A stretch of DNA of 64,000 bases from Porphyridium purpureum (taxonomy: Eukaryota). The stretch is taken from contig VRMN01000010.1 of the NCBI GenBank assembly GCA_008690995.1, forward strand, positions 310,001-374,000. Direction: 5' to 3'. The stretch's first letter is position 1. Every line of letters starts with the position of its first letter. Of the stretch, positions 54,864 through 64,000 are shown piece by piece. The position numbers and the translations under genes were made by a program. The notes under the pieces are model-generated. The model searched no databases and was not told where the DNA came from. It was given only the letters and a program-made list of their open reading frames with translations.

Positions 54864-57605
54864 ATGGTCGCGTGGCCCACGAGACACCGATGCACACACT
54901 TTGTTACGCGCCACGTGGTAGAGGCCGGCGGCAAGCCGGCGAGCGGCGTTGAAAAGCAGCGAGCTTTGCACAGCTGCGCGGTTTCGCGGAATGGGAACAG
55001 AGGCCAGCGTCAAAGCGACGCGGAAACAGCGGCTTTCCGCGGTGAAAGGAATAGAAGTGAGCCAAAGCTTGCCGCGGAGCGCACCTCGCCATCCGGGCCG
55101 CCAAGCAAACTGGTCGGTCCGTTTTACGCGATTCGGAATGGTCTCGATTCTTTTCGAGGTGTAGTAATGAGACAAAGTGAGTTTCATGAGCTCAGTGCCA
55201 ACGCGCCCAACGCAGAAACACGAATCGAGCCAGCGCTGGCGCAGGCCATGGAGTATTGTCTTGCGCCAAGTGACAAGGCGCCGGCGACATTTTTCGCATT
55301 CCGCCACGGATTGGACGCTGCACGTGGGATCATGCTTTCGTACGACATCGTCAGACGAGTCCTGCCTCGCGTCCAGACGCCGACGATTGAAAGGTTACAG
55401 TTCTGCAACATGGTGCAACCGTTGGTGTTTTGCCACCAGGCCGACACTGGCGGCACTGACTGGCACTCTCTCGAAGGATCTCTTGGATATTTGGCGCGCC
55501 ATCCGAGTTTGAGCGTTCCTGTGCTGATGTCACAGTTCGTGGTTTGCCAAAGAGATGGCGGCGCTCTCAGTGATTTATTGAAAGAAGACGTGCGACGTCC
55601 TCAATTTTTTGCCTTTCGTCGTGGCTTCTTTGGTGCGCGAGGAGTCGCGATCTCGAAGGAGGTGTTTCAAGGCATCTTGCCCCGGATCAAGTCGCCAACG
55701 CTGGAAACCGCGCGTTTCAACAACCTGGTGCAGCCCTTGGTCTTCTGCGACCAGGCTGCAACCACCAAAACGGATTGGCACACATGGGAGAGGTCTCTTC
55801 GCTGCTTGTCGAGAGACTCGAACCCGGCGATCTTTCGCGATCTGATGTCTGAATATATGGTCAAGCACCCAGAAGTTCAACTTGCAAAGGGTCCGGAGCG
55901 CGCGGAGAGCGAACCAGAAGTAGACGCGCCGTGTGGGCGACGTATGGTGACTGATTCCTTGGCGTCTGCTGTGTACCGCAGGCACGATGCAGCGGACCAG
56001 TATCTGGAATCCACACCTTTGGATCCCAAAGCAGACATAGAACTTATCCGCGTGATGCAAGAGGTAGCTCTGAACCAAGGGCGCGGTGATCGTACGGCGC
56101 CGCATGTCAAGCGCATAGATGCCTACGTGCGAGGGTCCTCGGTTGTCCGGTCCGATGACGCGAACGGGATCGCAATGCTGCTTCTAGATTATCATGTGGA
56201 CGATGAAAAGGGATCCGTCATGCATGCGGGTGCTCGGCGTCTATTTCATTCGACACATGCTTCGTGCCTGGAAAAGGAGTCAAAAGACTCGCAGCGATCG
56301 CCACCGCAAGAGTTTTTGGAGCTCGAAGCGCTCGTGCTAGCCCTGAACTTTTTCATATTGCGCCACCTTGACACAGAAGGGCAGAGCGTCGAGAGATTGA
56401 CGCTCAAGACGCAAAGCTCCTACTGCGTTTCCTGCTGCAATGCATTTCTCCCTAAATGGAGGGAGAAAGATGGACGCATACGTCCTGGTGTCATACCGCG
56501 TCGCCCCAAGACGGGAAAGTCCAAAGCAAAGCGGATCCCGCAGCAAAATATAAAGCAGTGGCGACGGCAGATGAGATCCAAGCGGCGGAAGAGAAGGTTG
56601 GCCGTGTTGAGGCAAATGAGGGATGCCGAAGCACGGTCGAACCCTCTACAAAGACTCTGGGAGGCCATTGACACACGCCTTATGATTTTGAGAGCCTTTT
56701 GCCAGGTGTCTATTGAGCAGTGGGATCCGCGACTAGGCGGCCTAGACCAACGAGCCTTCAGTCTTTCCGGGAAAGGGATGGAGCAGCACGGAATTGCTCT
56801 GTGTGATGACCATGCGAACTCAAAAGCCCGAGAAGGAATCCCCTTCCGTATCGAAGGTTATGATGATGACGTAGATAAGGTTACAAGGAGCCGTTGGAGC
56901 GATTGGAATCCGAACATTGGCAGCATCGATCAGGTACTCGTTGATGCTTGTTATGAACCCAAGCGCGGAAGATCGACAGTAGCCGCGTATGTGGGCGAAA
57001 GGGATACGCGCAACGTTGCCGGCATCTGGACGCTGGACCGCGACTTGGGCCCCCGGGATGAAATTGGATGGGGTTTGCAGCATGCTGAGATGCTTGCCAT
57101 CGTGTGCGGGTTGGACCAGATCCTTCGAAGCACGTTAAGTGGCGCTCGCTGCACCGACTCACAGTTGCGTGGTGCGTTGCTATTGAGTAACTTGACTCAG
57201 GTGCGAGACGGCCTGGAGAATCTGGAAGCTCGCTGGGTCATTGACCTGCGTGAAAATCCAGGTGCCTTGAGAAAAGTCAAGCGCTCTCCGCAATTTGCTG
57301 GAAAGTTTCGCAGTCTGTGGATTGCCATATTTGCGCGCGTACTCCTCATCCGATGCTTCCGACGCGTGCGAGTAGGTTTTCGGGCGCGCGAGAACTTGAT
57401 CCAGGCCACACGACTCGTTGTGTCGACAACCAATGCTGCGCTGGCGTCAAATCAGGGGGTCATTGATGCGCAACTTGAACAGCTCGGGAGTAGGACGCGG
57501 TTAGCGCTGGACTGTGAGCTGATTGCTTCGCTCCACAATGTACACAAACTTCCGGGCTCGCCGCTTCGGTCCGACAACTTCTTCGTGGGCAATAAACACA
57601 AATAG
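54864..57605 (+). CDS. Double-HBD family member 24: presequence + 1.5 modules + RNase H-like A (basic insertion) + B
   Basis: RALHSCAV; full module, then a second FFAFRRG..GARG...QPLVFCDQA..DW half; A: RIDAYVRG, ELEALVLAL, TQSSYC; B: VLVDAC, YVGERDTRNVA, AEMLAI. Confidence 0.85.
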   Translation: MVAWPTRHRCTHFVTRHVVEAGGKPASGVEKQRALHSCAVSRNGNRGQRQSDAETAAFRGERNRSEPKLAAERTSPSGPPSKLVGPFYAIRNGLDSFRGVVMRQSEFHELSANAPNAETRIEPALAQAMEYCLAPSDKAPATFFAFRHGLDAARGIMLSYDIVRRVLPRVQTPTIERLQFCNMVQPLVFCHQADTGGTDWHSLEGSLGYLARHPSLSVPVLMSQFVVCQRDGGALSDLLKEDVRRPQFFAFRRGFFGARGVAISKEVFQGILPRIKSPTLETARFNNLVQPLVFCDQAATTKTDWHTWERSLRCLSRDSNPAIFRDLMSEYMVKHPEVQLAKGPERAESEPEVDAPCGRRMVTDSLASAVYRRHDAADQYLESTPLDPKADIELIRVMQEVALNQGRGDRTAPHVKRIDAYVRGSSVVRSDDANGIAMLLLDYHVDDEKGSVMHAGARRLFHSTHASCLEKESKDSQRSPPQEFLELEALVLALNFFILRHLDTEGQSVERLTLKTQSSYCVSCCNAFLPKWREKDGRIRPGVIPRRPKTGKSKAKRIPQQNIKQWRRQMRSKRRKRRLAVLRQMRDAEARSNPLQRLWEAIDTRLMILRAFCQVSIEQWDPRLGGLDQRAFSLSGKGMEQHGIALCDDHANSKAREGIPFRIEGYDDDVDKVTRSRWSDWNPNIGSIDQVLVDACYEPKRGRSTVAAYVGERDTRNVAGIWTLDRDLGPRDEIGWGLQHAEMLAIVCGLDQILRSTLSGARCTDSQLRGALLLSNLTQVRDGLENLEARWVIDLRENPGALRKVKRSPQFAGKFRSLWIAIFARVLLIRCFRRVRVGFRARENLIQATRLVVSTTNAALASNQGVIDAQLEQLGSRTRLALDCELIASLHNVHKLPGSPLRSDNFFVGNKHK

Positions 57606-57705
57606 ACGTCGAGAGCGACAGGCAAGCGGAATTCGAACAGCAGCAGCGCACGCGCACTGGCGCCATTGCGCGGGACGTTCGCGTTCGCGGACGCGTTGGA
57701 AAGGC

Positions 57706-60700
57706 ATGCTGGCGCCCGGACGCGGCGCTGGTGTGCGCGGCGCTGGCTTGGCGGGTGATCGAGGAGTGTCCATTAACTTGCGGCGGTTGTATAAGACACA
57801 CATCCAGCCGCACGTTTTCGAGCTGCGCACAGAGCTGGCTCGACTGACGCAGCTCCGCATCACGCTCGTGGTCATATCGGTTCTACTAGTGGGGTGGATT
57901 TTGAGTGCTGTGTTTTCACGCGCGCCGGGACTCAACCACACAGTGCGTTCTGACCTCGATCCAAGCAGCAGCAGCAGCAGCAGCGGCAGCAGCAGCAGCA
58001 GCAGCAAAGGCAGCAGCAAAGGCAATGGCGAAAGCATCCGACAAGGGAACGAAAGGGAAGCCTCTCATCGCGCTGATATCCTGGCCGGTCGTGTAGATGT
58101 GCTTGTCGATGTGTCCAAACATGGAAGCGGGCTTTATCGCCAAGACGATGGACGCCTGCAGGCGAACTCAGAGAAGCAGACTGCAGACAAGGATACGCAC
58201 GCGCAAAAAGGGAGAGCCACCGGCATGGACAGTGACAAGCGCGGAAAAAGACCGGCGTACATGAAGAATGCAAATGGTGGCCCGCGATTAGACGAGATCG
58301 ATGATTATGACTTATGGACCATTGCGCATGCTTCGTCCTCCGCATCAAGCGCGGCGGCTTCTTCCAAAAAAGTGGTAGCCTTGGTCGAGCTGCGAAACGT
58401 GCGTCACATGCTTCCCTTCTGGATGTCTGCGCTCGCGATGATTACCGACGCGGTAGTGGCCTTGGACGATGTATCGACGGACGGAACGGTCGAATGGCTG
58501 CTTGAAAACGGTGCTGCATTCGGCATAGAGCGTATTATAGCCAAACGCGAGCCCTGGGTGCTGCGCGAGGAGCTGCGTGATCGCAATTTGTTGCTTCACG
58601 AAGGGCGCCTAGCTCAGGGCTCGCATTTTATTCTGTTAGACTATGATGAAGTTGTGTCATATCCGTGCGCAAAGGACAACATTTTCTTGTCCGTGGTCAA
58701 GGAGCTAAACCCGGGTGAGTTTTTGATTTTGCCTTGGGTGGAACTGTGGCGAACGTCAAGGACGGCTCGCGTCAAGGCCCGTGGCGATGCGCCAGAGTCC
58801 AATTTTCTCAATCGGAAGCAGATTGTTGTGTTCGCAGACATTCCAGGTACCATGTACACCGCAGAAAACACCATGGCGCACACATTCCAGGGCTCAAATG
58901 CGAGTGACCAGCGTACGGGATCGATCCACGTCAGGCGGTGCCCCACATCGATTTGCAACACAGAGCGCTCCGGCATGCATTCGTTTCCCAGTACCGGAAC
59001 GCATGGCCTAGCCAAACCAAAGGCTACTAAAGTGAAGAGCAAGGATGATATTGAGCTGTTTCGCTTAGGCGAGAAAGAGCCCGCGGTGTTTACGCCATCT
59101 TGTGTACTCATCGAAATGCGCTTTATGAGCCTCGAGAACGTCTTGCTCAAGTCAGCATGGTATGAGCTCTTGGAAAAGTACATGGGCAATGCGCGAAGTA
59201 ATACAGCGCACGGAAAAATGATGGACACAGTGCACTTTGCCACGGGCAGCCGTGTGAGCGCACCCGTATACTTGGCGGCGTTTGCCGGTGACCAACTTTT
59301 GCACCCGTACCCAGGCTTCCACGAGGAGCTGTACAAGAACGTTGAGCTGTGGAGAGCCCACGAGTTGTACAATTGGGCATCCTCGTGGGCGGCCCTGTCC
59401 CGATCGAAAACGCCGACTTTGGCATCCAGTGGGTCGGACAAATCAACTACGATGGACCAAACTGAACAGCGCGAGCCACAGGAGCCCGACCAAAGCGCAG
59501 CAACGCCGACTAGCAGCGAAGTATTTTCATTCTTTAGCGGCGGTTCTTCGGTCGTTGACATGATTGACTGGCCGCGGCTTCAAACACATTTACTTCTTGA
59601 GGCTCCCTTCTGGGTGGAGTATAAGCAGAAGACCGAAGAAGCTCTGGGTGCGCGCACGTCAACTAAATTTGTGCCGCGCCACTTTAATGTCCCTCACGGG
59701 CTGCGTGGCGTGCCGCTTCACAAGCTCATTATTGTTGAGAGTCAGGATACTACTGGGAACTTATGGGCAGCCGAGCTGGCGCAGATCCTTTATATCTTGT
59801 CGCTGACGAACCCGAACGCGATGGTGGTCGTCCTGGATGAGGACGACGAGATTGCGCCCGACCATCAGCTCGGCAAAATGATTCATGAGCATGCGGACTG
59901 CGAAGCGTGGTTGAACAGCACTCAGGCGGCGCTGTCGTTTGAAGACCGACGCTTTCGGTACGAACAGCTCATCACGCAGAGAATTCAGGACCGTCGAAAC
60001 GCGCTAGCGACCAACTCTGAGCTCGAGTTGAAGGCGTCGTCACTAGGCAGCAGCGACGCAAGCGGTGGTAATCGTGCATCGGTTTTGAAGAATGACACCG
60101 AGATTGAGAGCAGCACAGCGAATGCGCAACACATAATTGTTATTGATGTTCGTCCAGGGGCGCTCTGTGAGGTGTTAGACGTTGCATACGAGGCGTTCCG
60201 GGACGTGGATATCAAAGTGGTGAAATTGACGCACGGGCCCTCTTCGATCAAGATGTCTTGCAGAGGAAACAGAGAAGATACGAACGCAGCGCCCGCCGGG
60301 TTCGCATCGACCATGCAGTGTTCGAACAGTCTTGCTCGGAGCATTATGGCGTACCCGGCATCTTCGGACCACATTCGACTGGTGAGTGCAACAACTGATT
60401 CATTATTGAGCTTGTTGTCGACCGCCTCGCTCGTGCACATAATCAACGCGACAGTTCTTCCGCCGCTTTGGAGCAGTCTAAGCGAAGTGCACGCCCAGTT
60501 TGAACATTTGCAGGACGCCAACTTGGTCTTTGAGCTAGATTGCAGCGTGTGTGACCGATGGTCCGAACTGCAGGGCCAATTAAGCATCGCAGAGGCATGG
60601 CTTCGCGTTCTGAGGATCTTGGAATGCGTTCACTTGGCGATTCATGAGGCGTATCCGGACGGCGCCGTACCCAGCACTGAATGGAGAGCGGATCAAGAGC

Positions 60701-61722
60701 GCGGCGTGCTTCAGTCGAGAAATGCGAAACGACAAGTACCATCATACCCGCATCTGGCGCGACTCATCTTCAGCCTCAACGTAGGCCGCTCCGGCTCCAA
60801 GTACTTGAGCGGCTTGCTTGGCTCGGTTCAAAACCCAGTGCTTTCCGAGCATGAGGTCGCGTGTCCGAATCGGCTCTGTACGTCTGGCGGTGCGCTTGGC
60901 ATGCAGACGAAGCTGCTGAACGAGTCATTCGGGGAGCGGTCGAGAATCAAACTGCCACTCATCCGCGCGGGGCTGCTTGCCCTGGTTGGCCGCGCGGCAA
61001 AGCTCGAGTCGTGTCTTTCTTCAAACGAAGTCGTTGAAATTTCGTACTGCGAGCTAAGCCATTGCCAGAAACGATGCTACCTGCGTGATGCCGTGTACTC
61101 GGAGACAAATCCGAACTTTAAGAGCTGGTTTTATGACGTGGTCTTTGAGCACTTTGCTCGAAGCGGTCTTGGTTACCAAGTGCAGGTGATCACGCTGCGG
61201 AAGTATATTCCTGCTGTAGTCAAGAGTCTGTATGAAACGGGTTTCTTCACCCAGCGTCGTGGATATACATGGATGGAGACGGCCAATTCGGTGAATGCGC
61301 TGCTTGCGCCGATTGCGCCCGAGGAAAGGCTGGGCCCTGTGGAGAAAATCATTTCGTACGTGCTGAACGCCGAGCTTGTCTTTTCGCATCTGCAGCAGAC
61401 ATACGTTGCACCGCAATTCGCCGTCGAGTTTATGGAGTACCGCTCCGAGTACATCTACTCTGTACCCGGAGCGCTGGAACTGCTCGAAGTGCTGCGCCTG
61501 CAGCGAGGCGCCCACACGCTCCAGCTTGCCGGCAAGATCGTGGACAAGTATGTCGCGAGTGCAGAAGATGTCAAGAAAGTGTACAAACCCATCTCGCTGT
61601 ACGAGGTCGAGCAAAGCGTGTTTGACTACTTCAGCAAATGCGCTCAACTCAACATATCCATTGCGCAGACGGACTTTCCGAACATGGCGCCATTCCCTCG
61701 ATTCGAATACCACCAGTACTAA
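57706..61722 (+). CDS. Type II membrane protein: GT2-like glycosyltransferase + C-terminal sulfotransferase-like domain
   Basis: TM LRITLVVISVLLVGWILSAVF, Ser-rich stem; GT-A motifs LRNVRHMLP, VALDDVSTDGT, RNLLL, FILLDYDE; PAPS-loop-like SLNVGRSGSKYL...SEHE and VITLRK...VVKSL; start uncertain (57538 or 57706). Confidence 0.72.
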   Translation: MLAPGRGAGVRGAGLAGDRGVSINLRRLYKTHIQPHVFELRTELARLTQLRITLVVISVLLVGWILSAVFSRAPGLNHTVRSDLDPSSSSSSSGSSSSSSKGSSKGNGESIRQGNEREASHRADILAGRVDVLVDVSKHGSGLYRQDDGRLQANSEKQTADKDTHAQKGRATGMDSDKRGKRPAYMKNANGGPRLDEIDDYDLWTIAHASSSASSAAASSKKVVALVELRNVRHMLPFWMSALAMITDAVVALDDVSTDGTVEWLLENGAAFGIERIIAKREPWVLREELRDRNLLLHEGRLAQGSHFILLDYDEVVSYPCAKDNIFLSVVKELNPGEFLILPWVELWRTSRTARVKARGDAPESNFLNRKQIVVFADIPGTMYTAENTMAHTFQGSNASDQRTGSIHVRRCPTSICNTERSGMHSFPSTGTHGLAKPKATKVKSKDDIELFRLGEKEPAVFTPSCVLIEMRFMSLENVLLKSAWYELLEKYMGNARSNTAHGKMMDTVHFATGSRVSAPVYLAAFAGDQLLHPYPGFHEELYKNVELWRAHELYNWASSWAALSRSKTPTLASSGSDKSTTMDQTEQREPQEPDQSAATPTSSEVFSFFSGGSSVVDMIDWPRLQTHLLLEAPFWVEYKQKTEEALGARTSTKFVPRHFNVPHGLRGVPLHKLIIVESQDTTGNLWAAELAQILYILSLTNPNAMVVVLDEDDEIAPDHQLGKMIHEHADCEAWLNSTQAALSFEDRRFRYEQLITQRIQDRRNALATNSELELKASSLGSSDASGGNRASVLKNDTEIESSTANAQHIIVIDVRPGALCEVLDVAYEAFRDVDIKVVKLTHGPSSIKMSCRGNREDTNAAPAGFASTMQCSNSLARSIMAYPASSDHIRLVSATTDSLLSLLSTASLVHIINATVLPPLWSSLSEVHAQFEHLQDANLVFELDCSVCDRWSELQGQLSIAEAWLRVLRILECVHLAIHEAYPDGAVPSTEWRADQERGVLQSRNAKRQVPSYPHLARLIFSLNVGRSGSKYLSGLLGSVQNPVLSEHEVACPNRLCTSGGALGMQTKLLNESFGERSRIKLPLIRAGLLALVGRAAKLESCLSSNEVVEISYCELSHCQKRCYLRDAVYSETNPNFKSWFYDVVFEHFARSGLGYQVQVITLRKYIPAVVKSLYETGFFTQRRGYTWMETANSVNALLAPIAPEERLGPVEKIISYVLNAELVFSHLQQTYVAPQFAVEFMEYRSEYIYSVPGALELLEVLRLQRGAHTLQLAGKIVDKYVASAEDVKKVYKPISLYEVEQSVFDYFSKCAQLNISIAQTDFPNMAPFPRFEYHQY
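57965..58018 (+). repeat. (AGC)n coding repeat (poly-Ser stem)
   Basis: agcagcagc... encodes SSSSSSSGSSSSSS. Confidence 0.8.
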
Positions 61723-62574
61723 CTCTGTCGAATAACGCAAAACGCGATCTCTTCCTCGTGACAATGACTGAAACCAGAATTTTGACGAACGAAAGGACAC
61801 CATCATGGTGTTACCGGCTCGTTGCCCGTCATCAAGCCGCTCTTTTCTTGCCTTCCAGCTCTCCCGCAGACTCTTTGTCTGTCCGCTGCATTCCATTCGG
61901 TGCCCGTCTGCTGCATGCCCGCCATGTCCGGATGTTCGCGCGTGAGAGAGAGTGAGAGAGAAAATGCGCGCGTGCCAAAATGCGCACGTGCCCGTTCGTT
62001 TTGGCCCTTGGTCCTCAGGTCTCGGCCGATGAAACCAACGCGCTCAACAGGCGCTGTCGAAATCGTGCGTGCCTATTCGACTATGTCAACGCAGCAGCAT
62101 GTCCATCTCTGCGCGTGTGCCCTTTGGATTTGGGACGCGGTGAAGATGCGGCATGTGAGCCGCAGTCGTGATGCGGAGGAGGACGGACTGGGAATGCGGC
62201 GCGGCGACTCGCGCGGGGCTCCGTTTGCGCGGCAGTGCAGACAGTCACTTTCAGCGAAAGATGCAACGGTGAGTGCGTGGAAAGCGTGCAGAAGCCGGGG
62301 AGAGAGGCAACACACAACGAAAGGACGGCATGGCGAAGCGTGGCGTCCATGGTTTGAGATGCAAGAGGCAAGGCCACCCTTCAAAGATGTGAACGGACGT
62401 ATGGTCCGTGTATATAACATGCAGCGGGCGATGGGTGCAAGGATGCAGTGGCTTTGATCAGATGCTAAGCGTCAGGTGAGTTGAGGTATAGGAGAGAACC
62501 GCGAGGCCGACTGGAAGCGGACTTCAGTAGTGCAGACGGGAACCCTGAAGACTCGAAAAAGTGCTGAGAATTCT

Positions 62575-63711
62575 ATGATGATGAGGCTCGTGGCTTGCGG
62601 CGTGGCCGTACTGATGGCTTTGTTCTGCATGTGCAGCGCAATGCCCACGAAAACTGATCTTCCGTTGGATATAATGGGCCACGTGGGTTCGATTTGGGAT
62701 TACCCGATTGAGCGCTTCGTGACACTCAAGGAGCTTGGCGACGGGCAGCCGCTCAACGGCCCGTGCGAGGATGTGGAGTTCTCACGTGAACACTTTGCGC
62801 AGTTCCTCGAGCTCGAGGTCGAGAGCTCTTTCTCGAGCGCGCCGGACGATGAGATTAAGGATTTGGTGGCCCACACTGTGATGAAGTTCTGGAAGAGGAC
62901 GGCCATGAATGAGACGCACGTTTGCATCTCAACCAAGCAAATGCAGTCTTACTTCAACCAGCATAGCTTGGAAGGGCGCGAAATGCGCCGCATTGCGACG
63001 GGTGCGAAGACGCCGGCCATGCGCTTTGTTCAGCACATGAAAGAGCAGAAGGACAAAATGATGCTGGAAGAGAACACGACAATGCGCGGGACCGGAGGCT
63101 TGCCCCTCAAGCCGGCATACAATCCAATCTGGCATGAATGGGGCACAACTACGCGCGCTAACGACGTTTGGAAGTGCCAGTCGATGTTCATGTCATACCC
63201 GACTGTGGTGGTGGAGCGCGCCAGCAAGTACGATACACGCTACCCGCACTACTATGAAAAAGGTGACTCGATCTGGGCAGTGCCGCCCAAGTATTGCAAA
63301 CCGTCAGCTTTGTACGGGAGCCGCGAGTGCAAGGTGATCATGAATAACGGCTTTATCCTGCGCTCGATCCCCGGTATCTCGTGCCCTTGGTTCCGGCAGG
63401 CATTCAGCGACTTGGGGTGCCACAGCACCGGATGCGACATGGAGCTGATTTTCAGGCACATGTGCACGTACATTGATGAGTACGGGGTAATCTTCGACTC
63501 GTATGCAGACTCGTTCTGCTACTCCAGCCCAATGAGCCATATCCAGCCGTTCCAGACGCGCAATGCATGCTTCACAGGCTACCAGGTATACTATCTGCTT
63601 GACAACTTGATCTTTGGGTCGTACGAGCAGAACAAGTTTTGGTATGACAACCTGGGCTTCTTCGGTAACATGCTGTCGTTCTACACCCCGTACGAGAGGC
63701 ACTGCGAATAA
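62575..63711 (+). CDS. Putative secreted Cys/Tyr-rich protein of unknown function
   Basis: Signal peptide MRLVACGVAVLMALFCMCSA; strong GC3 codon bias; multiple Cys in the C-terminal half. Confidence 0.7.
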   Translation: MMMRLVACGVAVLMALFCMCSAMPTKTDLPLDIMGHVGSIWDYPIERFVTLKELGDGQPLNGPCEDVEFSREHFAQFLELEVESSFSSAPDDEIKDLVAHTVMKFWKRTAMNETHVCISTKQMQSYFNQHSLEGREMRRIATGAKTPAMRFVQHMKEQKDKMMLEENTTMRGTGGLPLKPAYNPIWHEWGTTTRANDVWKCQSMFMSYPTVVVERASKYDTRYPHYYEKGDSIWAVPPKYCKPSALYGSRECKVIMNNGFILRSIPGISCPWFRQAFSDLGCHSTGCDMELIFRHMCTYIDEYGVIFDSYADSFCYSSPMSHIQPFQTRNACFTGYQVYYLLDNLIFGSYEQNKFWYDNLGFFGNMLSFYTPYERHCE

Positions 63712-64000
63712 GCAGACAAGCTTGGATCGCGTTTCATGACGATGAAAGTCGGCCAGCCTTTGTGCGATTCGGCGACATGGCCGATCACGTTTTCCCCAAT
63801 TTTCTTTTTCTCTTCTTTTCTTTCGCAGTTGTCCATGAGCTCGGGTTGACTGGCTTGTAGTCTTGGAGCCAGACAAACTAAGACAACAAGTGATAGCATG
63901 CGTACCGAGTTTCAAGTAAATTTGTTTTCTGGAAAATGCAGCTTGGTTCGCGTCGGACATGATTCTGCTTCTGCACTCAAAGTTGATTGGGACACATTCT

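Noticed and set aside
5362..55864. Many minus-strand ORFs sharing VPACSQKTSACV / IPRAP motifs
   Set aside because: Antisense shadows of the conserved + strand module codons (TQALVFCEQAGT, GARG), not an independent family

Overview
Gene-dense, nearly intron-free eukaryotic DNA of roughly 55% GC (by eye). One GT-AG intron with a TACTAAC branch point is visible. The style suggests a unicellular red alga such as Porphyridium, but that is inference. About 54 kb (3.7-57.6 kb) is a co-oriented (+ strand) tandem array of 24 diverged paralogs. They share a ~140-aa module, GPFYAIRxGRDxFRGVV...EAxxFC...FFAFRxGxxGARG...FxNxTQALVFCEQAGTxxxDWxxL...GP, which reads as two tandem RNase H1-type hybrid-binding domains (HBD; Cauli_VI / L9-N-like fold). 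Most copies start with an Arg-rich mitochondrial-type presequence ending in R-x-[ILMF]-H-x-S. Six copies also carry RNase H-like domains, and five of these have two (an apparently dead domain A and a variably intact domain B). Embedded in the array are a trifunctional ligase-kinase-2H phosphodiesterase (Trl1/plant RNL-type tRNA ligase) and a Tpt1/KptA RNA 2'-phosphotransferase, which are consecutive enzymes of heal-and-seal RNA ligation. An RlmH rRNA methyltransferase and an NCA1-like RING gene flank the left side. A GT2-sulfotransferase fusion and a secreted protein flank the right. The best candidate novel system is a lineage-specific expansion of organelle-targeted RNA:DNA-hybrid/dsRNA-binding proteins clustered with RNA end-repair enzymes.
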